A DNA stretch of 34,430 nucleotides from Hadesarchaea archaeon (GTDB lineage Archaea > Hadarchaeota > Hadarchaeia > Hadarchaeales > Hadarchaeaceae): assembly GCA_030616305.1 (NCBI GenBank), contig JAUWXQ010000002.1, forward strand, positions 1-34,430, in the 5' to 3' direction. Within the stretch, counting starts at the first letter, position 1. Every line of letters starts with the position of its first letter. Both the position numbers and the translations under genes were made by a program. This document shows, piece after piece, positions 9,182-18,613 of the stretch. Under the pieces are notes generated by a model that was given only the letters and a program-made list of their open reading frames with translations, ran no database searches and had not been told where the DNA came from.

Positions 9182-10591
9182 ATGAGTGGAATTTTCGGTA
9201 TAGTGTCCCGAAAGGATTGTTCGGAAGAGCTATTTTACGGCACGGATTATCTCTCCCACTTGGGCACGGAATATGGCGGCCTGGTAGTTTTTGGGGAAAA
9301 AATTGTAAGAAAAATCCACACTTTGAGACAGAGTCAGTTCAAATCAAAGTTTTATGATGATCACAAGGACATGCGTGGCAATAGTGGGTTGGGCGTGGTC
9401 AGCGCTAAAGAAGTACAGCCGGTCTGTTTAGATTCAAAATTTGGCCCGTTCTGCATATGTATGACTGGCTTAATACAAAATGCCGAAGAGCTGGCCGACG
9501 AATTACACAAAAAAGGCATATCGTTCAGCGAGATAACAGAAACAGGCGTGAACTCGACTGAACTTGTTGCTAAGCTCATTGCAGAGGGAGAGACAATTAT
9601 AGAAGGCATTAATCATATGTTCGGCAAAATTAGGGGTTCTTGTTCGCTTATCTTGGTTAATAACGAGGGCATCTATGCTATTCGGGATAAGTTTGGTTAT
9701 AGTCCACTTGTGGTCGGGCGAAAGGAGGACTCGTGGGCAGTAACTTCCGAGACTTCAGCTTTTTATAATCTAGGTTTTGAAATCAAAAAATATCTTTTGC
9801 CTGGAGAAATAGTTTTGCTCAACCCTTCTGGGATGTCCCAAAAGCAAAAAGGTACAACCATAGGTCAAATAAACGGCTTTTTATGGATTTATACGGGTTT
9901 CCCGGCTTCTTCCTATGAGGGAGTAAATGTAGAAATTGTCAGAGAGAGATGTGGAAGATATTTGGCAAGGAATGATAACGTCAAAGCAGATATGGTCGCT
10001 GGCGTTCCGGATTCAGGAACTACTCACGCAATTGGTTATGCTTTAGAATCAAAAATCCCTTTTAGAAGACCACTAATCAAATACACTCCGGGATATGACA
10101 GAAGTTATACACCACCTTCTCAGGAGACCAGAGATTTAATCGCGAAAATGAAGTTAATTCCGGTCAAAGATTTAATTGAGGGCCAAAGAATTATCCTTTG
10201 TGATGATTCTATAGTAAGGGGTACTCAATTAAAAAATTATACTGTGCAAAAATTGTGGGATAACGGAGCAAAGGAGATTCACTTGCGTATTGCCTGTCCC
10301 CCCTTAATGTTCCCGAGCGTATTTGATTATTCGACAAGGACGATAGAAGAATTGGCCGCTCGCCGCGCTATAAGGGCCATTGAAGGAAAAGATATCGAGG
10401 ATGTGAGTGAATACATCAACCCAGATTCAGAGAAGTATAAGAAAATGGTAGATCACATTGCCAAAGAGTTGGGCGTTACCTCGTTAAAATATCAAAGGTT
10501 GGATGATATGATAAAGGCTATTGGGCTTCCTAGGGATCGTCTCTGTCTATATGTATGGACCGGTGAGTCCATAGCCGACCAAAGGGCTTAG
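9182..10591 (+). CDS. purF: Amidophosphoribosyltransferase homologue with a degenerate glutaminase domain
   Basis: The architecture is Ntn fold plus PRTase. The PRPP loop RIILCDDSIVRGTQ and VAGVPDSGT are intact. The N-terminus reads MSGIFGIV (AGT Ser codon at 9185-9187) where the catalytic Cys is expected. Confidence 0.8.
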   Translation: MSGIFGIVSRKDCSEELFYGTDYLSHLGTEYGGLVVFGEKIVRKIHTLRQSQFKSKFYDDHKDMRGNSGLGVVSAKEVQPVCLDSKFGPFCICMTGLIQNAEELADELHKKGISFSEITETGVNSTELVAKLIAEGETIIEGINHMFGKIRGSCSLILVNNEGIYAIRDKFGYSPLVVGRKEDSWAVTSETSAFYNLGFEIKKYLLPGEIVLLNPSGMSQKQKGTTIGQINGFLWIYTGFPASSYEGVNVEIVRERCGRYLARNDNVKADMVAGVPDSGTTHAIGYALESKIPFRRPLIKYTPGYDRSYTPPSQETRDLIAKMKLIPVKDLIEGQRIILCDDSIVRGTQLKNYTVQKLWDNGAKEIHLRIACPPLMFPSVFDYSTRTIEELAARRAIRAIEGKDIEDVSEYINPDSEKYKKMVDHIAKELGVTSLKYQRLDDMIKAIGLPRDRLCLYVWTGESIADQRA

Positions 10592-10641
10592 TTTTATCGA
10601 AGGCTCGGTCACAGAGCGAAATAATTTGTTTTTTCCGCCGA

Positions 10642-11481
10642 CTAAAATTTCCGTTTGGTTAATCTTTCATAACACTCGACGTATCTCTTTGAGGTTTGGG
10701 AGATCACTTCTTCTGGCAGCGTTGGAGCTGGAGGCCGCTTATCCCACTTTATACTAAGGAGATAATCTCGCACGTATTGTTTATCGAAACTGTACTGATT
10801 CTTCCCCACCTCATAGCTGTCGAGCGGCCAAAATCTGGAAGAATCTGGCGTGAAGATTTCATCTATTAGCATAAGTTCTCCGTCATGAAAACCAAACTCG
10901 AATTTTGTATCTGCGACGATAATGCCATTAGTTTCTGCTTTTTTTGAAACTTGCTCGTAGAGTTTAATGCAGGTTTTTTCGATTTGGTAGGTGATATCTC
11001 CACCGAGCTTTTCTACGACATCTCTTTTGGTCATCTCGATGTCATGCCCGGTTTCCGCTTTGGTAGTAGGGGTAAGAATCGGCTCAGATAATTTGGAAGC
11101 TTTGTTCAAATCCTTTGGTAGTTTTATCCCAGATATCGCCTTGCCTGAACGATAGTTTTCCCAAGCCGAACCATAGAGGTAACCGCGGACGACGAACTCG
11201 ATTTTTATCGGCTTGGCTTTCCTCACGAGCATCGTTCGCTGGTCAATGACATCTATCAAGTGGTTTGGGATTATTTCCTTAAGCTCATTGAACCAGTAAG
11301 CTGATAACCTGTTCAAAGCTTCCCCCTTGCGGGGTATTCCGTTGGGCAAAATGACATCGAAAGCCGAGATTCTATCGGTGGAGACGACAAGCAATTTGTC
11401 GGCCAAGTCGTAGATGTCCCTTACCTTCCCGCGCTTGAGCAGCTTGAGGGGGAGGCAAGACTCCGTCAGGACCTCTTCCAT
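10642..11481 (-). CDS. purC: SAICAR synthetase
   Basis: Motifs LLKRGKVRDIYDL and IIVADTKFEFGF are present, and the 279-aa length is typical. Confidence 0.9.
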   Translation of the reverse strand: MEEVLTESCLPLKLLKRGKVRDIYDLADKLLVVSTDRISAFDVILPNGIPRKGEALNRLSAYWFNELKEIIPNHLIDVIDQRTMLVRKAKPIKIEFVVRGYLYGSAWENYRSGKAISGIKLPKDLNKASKLSEPILTPTTKAETGHDIEMTKRDVVEKLGGDITYQIEKTCIKLYEQVSKKAETNGIIVADTKFEFGFHDGELMLIDEIFTPDSSRFWPLDSYEVGKNQYSFDKQYVRDYLLSIKWDKRPPAPTLPEEVISQTSKRYVECYERLTKRKF

Positions 11482-11485
11482 CGGA

Positions 11486-11968
11486 TCACTTTCGGCGAAG
11501 TGCTCGGTCTCCCGCTTCCACTTTTTCTTTCTTCTTGTGCTGGTACTCTGTGACCTTCTTAGAGAGTCCTTCGTCGCCTAGTGCTAGGATCTTCGCGGCC
11601 GCCAGAGCAGCAGCCTCGGGCTCCAGCACGACAAGTGGAGCGACGCCACTAGGCATGCGGAGTGATGAATAAATGTCGATGCCTGCAAATTTTTCTGAGT
11701 AAGGAGGGCATGCTATCACAGGATATTTGGTATTCGCATCGACCAACCCTGAAAGAGCATTTGACCTACCCGCAATCGTTATGTAGACCAATTCACCCCT
11801 GCGTTTTTCGTATTCTTTCAATATTTCAAGTAGCTTCTTGGGTGTCTTGTGCGCTGAAGCGATCCGTTGGTCGAAGTCTATCCCAAACTCTTTCAACGTA
11901 CGCCTAAGCGGTTCGGCAAAATCGACATCCACCTTGGAGCCGAGCAGGATAACGACTCTTCGCGACAT
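11486..11968 (-). CDS. purE: PurE-family (N5-)CAIR mutase / AIR carboxylase
   Basis: It has VVILLGSKVD, SAHKTP and SSLRMPSGVAP. The 70s-loop is atypical (IAGRSNALSG instead of AGGAAHLPG). The gene sits 4 nt upstream of purC. Confidence 0.75.
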   Translation of the reverse strand: MSRRVVILLGSKVDVDFAEPLRRTLKEFGIDFDQRIASAHKTPKKLLEILKEYEKRRGELVYITIAGRSNALSGLVDANTKYPVIACPPYSEKFAGIDIYSSLRMPSGVAPLVVLEPEAAALAAAKILALGDEGLSKKVTEYQHKKKEKVEAGDRALRRK

Positions 11969-12071
11969 TCATTGACACTCTTCAGGGCGAGATTTATAGA
12001 TTTCTCAGGGGGTGCTCCGCTAAGGTTAAAGAGGTTAGGGGAGTAGAATTTTTGGTCGGGGTGACAATAGG

Positions 12072-13526
12072 ATGACAGAAAAATTTGATTATGGTACTTT
12101 CCTCTCTCCTTTCACTTGGCGTTATGGAAGCCCCGAGATGAGGAAGATTTTCTCTGAAATCAATTACAGAGTGGCATGGAGAAAAATTTGGGTGGCTCTC
12201 GCCGAAGCTCAGTCGAAGTATGGTATTGTTACTCGGGAGGAGCTAGCCGACCTGAAATCGAAAATGGATCCTGAGCACATAGATCTCAAGAGGGCGCACG
12301 AGATCGAACGAGAGATACGGCACGACTTGATGGCCGAGATCAAATCGTATGCCGAGCAGTGTCCAACCGGTGGAGGAAAAATCCACCTCGGTGCGACGTC
12401 TATGGATATCGAGGACAACGCCGAAGTGTTGCGGATTAAAGCTGCAATTGACATCGTGCTCACCAGACTTGTCAACTGTTTGAACTCCCTTTCCAGACAA
12501 ATCCTCAAATTTAAAGATTTGCCGTGCATTGGCTGGACCCACCTCCAGCCAGCCGAGCCGACGACACTTGGTTACAGGTTGGCTGGCTATGCACAGGATC
12601 TAGCCCTCGACATTTGTAGTGTGGAGAACCTTCTTCGAGATTTCGTGAAGGGTAAGGGGATAAAAGGCGCCGTGGGCACCTCCGCTAGTTTTCAAGCGTT
12701 GCTGAAAGGAAAAGGCAGAGCGAGCGTGATTGAAGACCAGGTGATGAAAAAGCTTGGTCTTGAAGCATTTCCAATTTCAACTCAGACTTACCCGAGGAAG
12801 CTCGATTATTTGGTCCTAACCGTCTTGGCGAGCATAGCCCAGAGCTTGCATAAATTTGGAGTTGACCTGAGGCATTTGCAGTCACCCGCATACGGGGAGT
12901 TATCAGAGCCCATCGGGAAAGCACGGGTGGGCTCCTCGGCCATGCCTTTTAAGAAAAACCCTATATCGGCCGAGCGAATGTGTTCCCTAACCAGATACAT
13001 TTCGACTTTGCCGGAAGTAATGTGGGAGAACGCGGCTCAGACGATACTCGAACGTACCCTCGATGACTCAGCTAATCGAAGAGTGGTGCTCGCCGAGTCT
13101 TTCTTGGCCTTGGACGAGTGCTTGATGATATATGACCAATTGGCACGCGGTCTTGTTGTCTACCCTGTGATGATAAAACGAAACTTGGAACGCTATGCAC
13201 CTTTCGCGGCCACCGAAGCCGTATTGATGAAGCTCGTTGAGCGAGGCGGGAACAGGCAACGTATGCACGAGAAGCTCCGGGAGCTCTCATTCAAAGCATG
13301 GGAAAAAGTGATGGCAGGAGAGCAAAATCCGCTGCCCAATCTGTTGAAAAAAGATCGGACGATAGGCTCCAAGTTGAGCAATAAGGAAATAGATGAGCTG
13401 CTCGATCCGAATAAACACTTGGGTGACGCCAGTGAGCGCGGTGAGAAATTCGTGAAAACCACCATTAAACCGCTTCTATCGAAGTACAGAGACAGGGTAG
13501 GAAAGAAAAAGGACGCCGAGTTTTAG
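12072..13526 (+). CDS. purB: Adenylosuccinate lyase
   Basis: It carries the fumarate-lyase signature GSSAMPFKKNP, plus GATSMDIEDNA and WTHLQPAEPTT. Confidence 0.92.
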   Translation: MTEKFDYGTFLSPFTWRYGSPEMRKIFSEINYRVAWRKIWVALAEAQSKYGIVTREELADLKSKMDPEHIDLKRAHEIEREIRHDLMAEIKSYAEQCPTGGGKIHLGATSMDIEDNAEVLRIKAAIDIVLTRLVNCLNSLSRQILKFKDLPCIGWTHLQPAEPTTLGYRLAGYAQDLALDICSVENLLRDFVKGKGIKGAVGTSASFQALLKGKGRASVIEDQVMKKLGLEAFPISTQTYPRKLDYLVLTVLASIAQSLHKFGVDLRHLQSPAYGELSEPIGKARVGSSAMPFKKNPISAERMCSLTRYISTLPEVMWENAAQTILERTLDDSANRRVVLAESFLALDECLMIYDQLARGLVVYPVMIKRNLERYAPFAATEAVLMKLVERGGNRQRMHEKLRELSFKAWEKVMAGEQNPLPNLLKKDRTIGSKLSNKEIDELLDPNKHLGDASERGEKFVKTTIKPLLSKYRDRVGKKKDAEF

Positions 13527-13553
13527 GCGCCGGTGGTTCTCTTGGCGGTGATT

Positions 13554-14408
13554 ATGGATGGAAAAACTCTTGCTGAAGAACTCAAACGGGAGATCGCCGC
13601 ACGCGTAAAAACTATTAAAGAACGAGGATTAACACCGACTCTTGCTACGGTCTTGGTCGGAGACGACACCTCATCGAGAACTTACGTGAGCGGAAAGCGC
13701 AGGGATTGTGAGGAGGTTGGCATCGACTTCAAGCTACATAAACTCTCTTCGAGCGTTACCGAACGTGAGTTGCTAGGACTCATCGAAAAGTTGAACGGCG
13801 ACTATAAGGTCCATGGCATATTTGTGCAGTTGCCGCTTCCCAAACACATAAACAGAAAAAAAGTGACAGCTAGCATAAGTCCTAGAAAAGACGTCGATGG
13901 GTTGCACCCCTACAACGTTGGAAAGCTCTGGCTCGGTATGTACGAGTCCGAGAACGACCTCTTGCCTTGTACACCTAAGGGAATCGTGAAACTTTTGGAT
14001 CGTTACAATATCGAGCTTGAGGGTAAACTGGCTGTGATAATAAACCGGAGCGACCTCGTCGGTAAACCGCTCGCAAAGCTATTTTTAGATAGAAACGCGA
14101 CGGTTGTCGTCTGTCATTCCAAGACGCCAGAGCTAGAAAAACAAACTAGAACCGCGGATGTTCTAGTCAGTGCAGTTGGAAGACGTCCAAGTTTTGTTGT
14201 TAGCGAGAAAATGGTCAAAAAAGGTGCGGTCGTCGTCGATGTCGGCATGAACTACGTTGGGGGCAAGTTGCAGGGTGATGTTGATTTCGAGCGGGTGAAA
14301 GAAAAAGCATCCTACATCGCACCTGTTCCTGGCGGTGTTGGCCCCATGACTCGCGTGATGTTGTTGCATAACGTTTTGATAGCCACAAAGCTTGCGGAAG
14401 GAGCATAG
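13554..14408 (+). CDS. folD: Bifunctional 5,10-methylene-THF dehydrogenase/cyclohydrolase
   Basis: Motifs VQLPLPKHI, INRSDLVGKPLAKLFLDRNATVVVCHSKT and PVPGGVGPMT are present. ATG 13554 (MDGKTLA) is preferred over GTG 13533. Confidence 0.9.
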   Translation: MDGKTLAEELKREIAARVKTIKERGLTPTLATVLVGDDTSSRTYVSGKRRDCEEVGIDFKLHKLSSSVTERELLGLIEKLNGDYKVHGIFVQLPLPKHINRKKVTASISPRKDVDGLHPYNVGKLWLGMYESENDLLPCTPKGIVKLLDRYNIELEGKLAVIINRSDLVGKPLAKLFLDRNATVVVCHSKTPELEKQTRTADVLVSAVGRRPSFVVSEKMVKKGAVVVDVGMNYVGGKLQGDVDFERVKEKASYIAPVPGGVGPMTRVMLLHNVLIATKLAEGA

Positions 14409-15004
14409 TGTCAAACGAGAAAAAAGTCATCAGACAAAAATTCAAGTCGTTGAGGATGCGCCTCTCTAAGGAAGAGGTGGTAATAAAAAGTGCACAGATA
14501 AAAAAGTCGCTCTTCGAACTGCCCGAATTTGCGAGGTCGAAAACCATCGTGTTTTACGTTGCTAAGCAAGTCAGCCGTGAGGTCGAAACTGAAGAGATGA
14601 TCAAGGAAAGCTTGAAGATGGGCAAACGCGTGCTGGTGCCTGTCGTTGACAATGCAGCGAGAAAAATACTCTTCTCTGAATTGCGAGATTACGATTCGGA
14701 GCTAGCTCCTGGCGCATTTGATATCCTTGAGCCCAAACCTTCGTGTAGACGACTTGTTCCCGCGTCTGAGAGCGACCTCATCATCGTGCCCGGAGTGGCG
14801 TTTGATATGGGGGGACATAGGCTTGGTTATGGTGGGGCCTACTACGATAGGCTTCTGAGAGAGTTAGCTTCGGTCAAACCCTCGCTACCGTTAGTCGGTT
14901 TGGCGTACGAACCGCAGGTCGTAGAGAAATTGCCGAATACCTCGCGTGACGTGCCGATAAACATCTTAGTGACTGAAAAAAGAGTGCTCCGTTTTAAGCT
15001 GTAA
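14408..15004 (+). CDS. 5-formyltetrahydrofolate cyclo-ligase (MTHFS)
   Basis: The characteristic VPGVAFDMGGHRLGYGGAYYDRLL is present. The GTG start overlaps the folD stop (TAGTG). Confidence 0.85.
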   Translation: MSNEKKVIRQKFKSLRMRLSKEEVVIKSAQIKKSLFELPEFARSKTIVFYVAKQVSREVETEEMIKESLKMGKRVLVPVVDNAARKILFSELRDYDSELAPGAFDILEPKPSCRRLVPASESDLIIVPGVAFDMGGHRLGYGGAYYDRLLRELASVKPSLPLVGLAYEPQVVEKLPNTSRDVPINILVTEKRVLRFKL

Positions 15005-15029
15005 AGACTATTCAAAAAGTGGCGGGACT

Positions 15030-16181
15030 ATGAGTTCCAAGTATGCTGAAGTGGGCATTGACGTGAGGAAGAAGGGCATAGAGGTGTTCAAGCCTTCCTT
15101 GGAGAGTCTTTTTCCCAAAGCCTTCTGTCCTGTGATTCGTGATTCAAAATTTAGAAAATATGGTATGGTGCTTCACACCGACGGCGCTGGGAGCAAGCCC
15201 CTCCAGAACTACCTGCACTGGCGTGAAACAGGCGAGAGCAGATGGTTCTGCGGCATTGCCCATGATGTCCTTGCGATGAATATCGATGATGTAATGTGTG
15301 TGGGCGCAGCGCCATTGGGTTTTGTCGATTATATTGCGGTAAATCAATCGAGGGTTCCTAAAAAAGAATTGCTGTCTGCTCTTAATACTGGCTTCAAGGA
15401 ATGCTTTGGCATGTTGAAGAAGTATGGGATAAAGATTTCATTCCTCGGTGGCGAAACCGCCGATTTGCCAGACCAGCTTCGAACGCTAGATGTCTCTGGC
15501 ACGGTAAGCGCTCGTGTGGAGTTGTCCAAAGTTATAAGCGGCGAGAGAATCAAGCCAGGCGACGTGATCATAGGTTTGAGGGGTGGCGCACGCACGAAAT
15601 ATGAGCGGCAGGAGAACAGCGGGATAATGTGCAATGGAATAACGCTCGCGAGACATTGCCTGATGAAAAGCGAATATGAGCGCAAGTACCCCGAGCTCAA
15701 AGACCCTAATGCGAAGGGCTACTATGGCAGGTTTGCGTTTGATGATTACCTCGACGAACTCGAAATGACGGTCGGCGAAGCCATTTCATCGCCAACTAGG
15801 ATTTTCGCCCCAGTGATCGCAAAGATTCTTGAGAAGCATGGCAAGCAAGTGACCGGTTTGGTTCACAATACCGGCGGTGGGCAGACGAAGTGCTTGAGAT
15901 TGGGGGAGAACGTCCACTACCTTAAGGACGACCTTATCAAGCCTGACCCGATATTTCGGTTGATTCAGCGAGAAGCGAAAGTAAGCTGGCGAGAGATGTT
16001 TGAGGATTTCAACATTGGTGTTGGTTTTGAAATAATAGCTAGAAAAAAAGGCGTGGAGGAAATTTTAGACGTTGCAGAGAGATTTGGTTTAGGGGCAAAA
16101 GTGATCGGAAGATGTGATAAAAGCGATGGCAGAAACAAACTGACCATTCGGAGTGAATTTGGAAGATTTGAGTACAGCTGA
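15030..16181 (+). CDS. purM: AIR synthetase (PurM family), divergent form
   Basis: PurM-superfamily motifs are present: HTDGAGSKP, DVLAMNIDDVMCVGAAPLGFVDYIA, GGETADLP, HNTGGGQTK and FNIGVGFEII. Confidence 0.8.
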   Translation: MSSKYAEVGIDVRKKGIEVFKPSLESLFPKAFCPVIRDSKFRKYGMVLHTDGAGSKPLQNYLHWRETGESRWFCGIAHDVLAMNIDDVMCVGAAPLGFVDYIAVNQSRVPKKELLSALNTGFKECFGMLKKYGIKISFLGGETADLPDQLRTLDVSGTVSARVELSKVISGERIKPGDVIIGLRGGARTKYERQENSGIMCNGITLARHCLMKSEYERKYPELKDPNAKGYYGRFAFDDYLDELEMTVGEAISSPTRIFAPVIAKILEKHGKQVTGLVHNTGGGQTKCLRLGENVHYLKDDLIKPDPIFRLIQREAKVSWREMFEDFNIGVGFEIIARKKGVEEILDVAERFGLGAKVIGRCDKSDGRNKLTIRSEFGRFEYS

Positions 16182-16183
16182 AA

Positions 16184-18601
16184 ATGGACCATAGAAAAGG
16201 ATTAAAAACCCTTTGTATACATCAACCGTGTGAGACCGTGACTTCACAAGTCTATGTAAAAAAAGATTTCCCGTTTGACTTCTTTGAAATTGATTTGCTG
16301 CGCGCGAGCGATGAGCAACTCTCACAAATAAGTCGAGAGCTTGGTATTGGGTTAGATCTCGAAGAAATGAAAAAATGCAAACGACATTTCTCAAAATTGG
16401 GAAGAAACCCAACCGATGTAGAGCTTCAGAGTATCGGCCAGACATGGTCGGAGCACTGTTATCATAAGACATTCAAGGGCGACGTGCGGATCGGAAGCCG
16501 AAAGGTGAGGCTTTTCAAGGACTTCATTGCAAAAGCTACAAAGGAGCTTTCACATTCTTGGTGCGTTTCGGTTTTTGAGGACAATGCAGGCATCGTAGAT
16601 TTCGAGCGTGGTTATGGGATAGCTGCCAAGGTTGAAACCCATAATCATCCCTCGGCGATTCATCCATTTGGAGGCGCAGCCACTGGTCTAGGTGGCCTGA
16701 TAAGAGATATTATGGGGGTTTGGGCCCAGCCGATCGCGAGCATCGGGGTATTTGGATTTGGCCCTCAGGACTACTCACAAAAGCTCCCCCCTGGCATGAA
16801 GCATCCAAAAACCATCTTCGAAGGAGTTGTAGAGGGTGTCAGGCAGTACGGCAGTCATATGAAGATCCCAAACATCGGCGGTGCGATTTACTTCGACGAA
16901 AGCTACGTTGGAAACCCAATAGTGTATTGTGGTTGCGTCGGCCTCCTCCCCCTTGACAAATACTTCAGAAGGACTAAAGTTGGCGATGTGGCATTACTCG
17001 CGGGCGGAAAGACTGGTAAAGAGGGTATTCACGGCGTTACTTTTGCCTCGGCGGAAATCGGAAAGATGGAAGGAGGGGAAAAAGCGGCTGAGTTGACATT
17101 CGATCCTGCAGTACAGGAGAGACTGGCGAGGGCGATCTTCAGAATCAGAGACGAGAACCTAGCTTCGGGCATAACTGATTTAGGTGGCGGTGGGATTTCT
17201 TGTGCGACTGGCGAAACCGCTTTTAGGTCAGGGTGTGGCATCGTCGTGGATCTCGAGAAAGCCCCGTTAAAACTCTCGAGCATGGTGCTTTGGGAAATTT
17301 GGGTTTCAGAATCACAGGATAGAATGTTTTTAACCATTCCCGAAAAGAACCTCGAGAAAGTGTTAAAGATATTTGAAGAAGAAAATGTTGAAGCGACACC
17401 TATTGGGAAATTCGTCAGAGGTAATTCTTTAGTGGTCAGATATCGGGGTCAAGAGGTCGCGAACTTAGATTTACAGTTCCTTTTCTCCCCACCGGAGGCT
17501 AAGAGGATAGCCAAGTGGAAGGCACCGAAGTTAGTTGAACCCAAATTTGCACAACCCCGTGATTTAACGAAAATTTTGCTTAGATTGCTGGCTGCAGCGA
17601 ATATCGGAAGTAGAGGTGGATTGATAAAGACTGATGAATCCTGGAAAAACGTAGTTCTGAGACCGTTCCATGGAAAACACGGTGGGCCAAACGATGCCGC
17701 GATTGTAAAACCTTTGCAGGATTCTCAACGCGGAGTGGTTATTTCTTGCGGTATAAACCCCAATTACGGACGAATCGATCCTTATTGGATGGCAGCTTCA
17801 AACGTTGAAGAAGCGATTAGAAACAACATTGCGGTAGGCGGTCAGCGAATCGCGTTGCTTGACAACTTCGTGTGGGGTAGTCCGGAGAAGGCCGAGCAAT
17901 TAGGTACGCTCGTACGTGCTTGCGAGGCTTGTTACGATTTCGCAAAGGCTTTTGATGCCCCTTATATTTCGGGCAAAGATAGCCTCTACAATGAGTCGGT
18001 GTTGGGGCCAGTGGCACCCACACTGCTGATAACAGCCATAGGTATCATCTCAGATGTCAGAAAAGCTGTTTCGGTAGACCTCAAAGGACCCGGTGGCGCG
18101 ATTTACATTGTTGGCCGAACTTATCCTGAGCTGGGCGGTTCGGAGTATTACAAGTTGTTTGGGAAAGTTGGTAGAAGTGTCCCCAAGGTCAAGGCGGCCA
18201 AAGCGAAAAAAGTGTTAAGTTCAATAACAAAAGCGATCGACTCAGGTTACGTTCGAGCTTGTCATGATTTTTCAGAGGGCGGGCTAGCCGTTGCTGCAGC
18301 AGAGATGGTACTCAGCAGCGATTATGGTGCTGAATTAGACTTGAAAAATGTTCCAGTTTCGATGAGCGGCAAGGCGAGAAATGATTTCATCTTGTTCTCT
18401 GAGTCGAACAGCAGATTTCTTGTTGAAGTTAAACAAGGAAAAGAGGAAAAGTTTGAAAAGTTAATAGAAGGGGATTTCGCGCTGGTCGGCCGGGTAAGTG
18501 GGGAAGATGGGTTTTCTGTAAACGGATTGAAAGGCAAAAAAATAATCGACATCAGTTCCGAAAAATTGCGAAAAGCTTGGAAAGAAGCTTTGTCGAAGTA
18601 A
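16184..18601 (+). CDS. purL: FGAM synthase II (large subunit)
   Basis: Motifs WSEHCYHKTF and VETHNHPSAIHPFGGAATGLGGLIRDI are present, with a duplicated PurM-like fold. The start is 3 nt after the purM stop. No purQ or purS lies adjacent. Confidence 0.92.
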   Translation: MDHRKGLKTLCIHQPCETVTSQVYVKKDFPFDFFEIDLLRASDEQLSQISRELGIGLDLEEMKKCKRHFSKLGRNPTDVELQSIGQTWSEHCYHKTFKGDVRIGSRKVRLFKDFIAKATKELSHSWCVSVFEDNAGIVDFERGYGIAAKVETHNHPSAIHPFGGAATGLGGLIRDIMGVWAQPIASIGVFGFGPQDYSQKLPPGMKHPKTIFEGVVEGVRQYGSHMKIPNIGGAIYFDESYVGNPIVYCGCVGLLPLDKYFRRTKVGDVALLAGGKTGKEGIHGVTFASAEIGKMEGGEKAAELTFDPAVQERLARAIFRIRDENLASGITDLGGGGISCATGETAFRSGCGIVVDLEKAPLKLSSMVLWEIWVSESQDRMFLTIPEKNLEKVLKIFEEENVEATPIGKFVRGNSLVVRYRGQEVANLDLQFLFSPPEAKRIAKWKAPKLVEPKFAQPRDLTKILLRLLAAANIGSRGGLIKTDESWKNVVLRPFHGKHGGPNDAAIVKPLQDSQRGVVISCGINPNYGRIDPYWMAASNVEEAIRNNIAVGGQRIALLDNFVWGSPEKAEQLGTLVRACEACYDFAKAFDAPYISGKDSLYNESVLGPVAPTLLITAIGIISDVRKAVSVDLKGPGGAIYIVGRTYPELGGSEYYKLFGKVGRSVPKVKAAKAKKVLSSITKAIDSGYVRACHDFSEGGLAVAAAEMVLSSDYGAELDLKNVPVSMSGKARNDFILFSESNSRFLVEVKQGKEEKFEKLIEGDFALVGRVSGEDGFSVNGLKGKKIIDISSEKLRKAWKEALSK

Positions 18602-18613
18602 TTCGTCCGCGAG

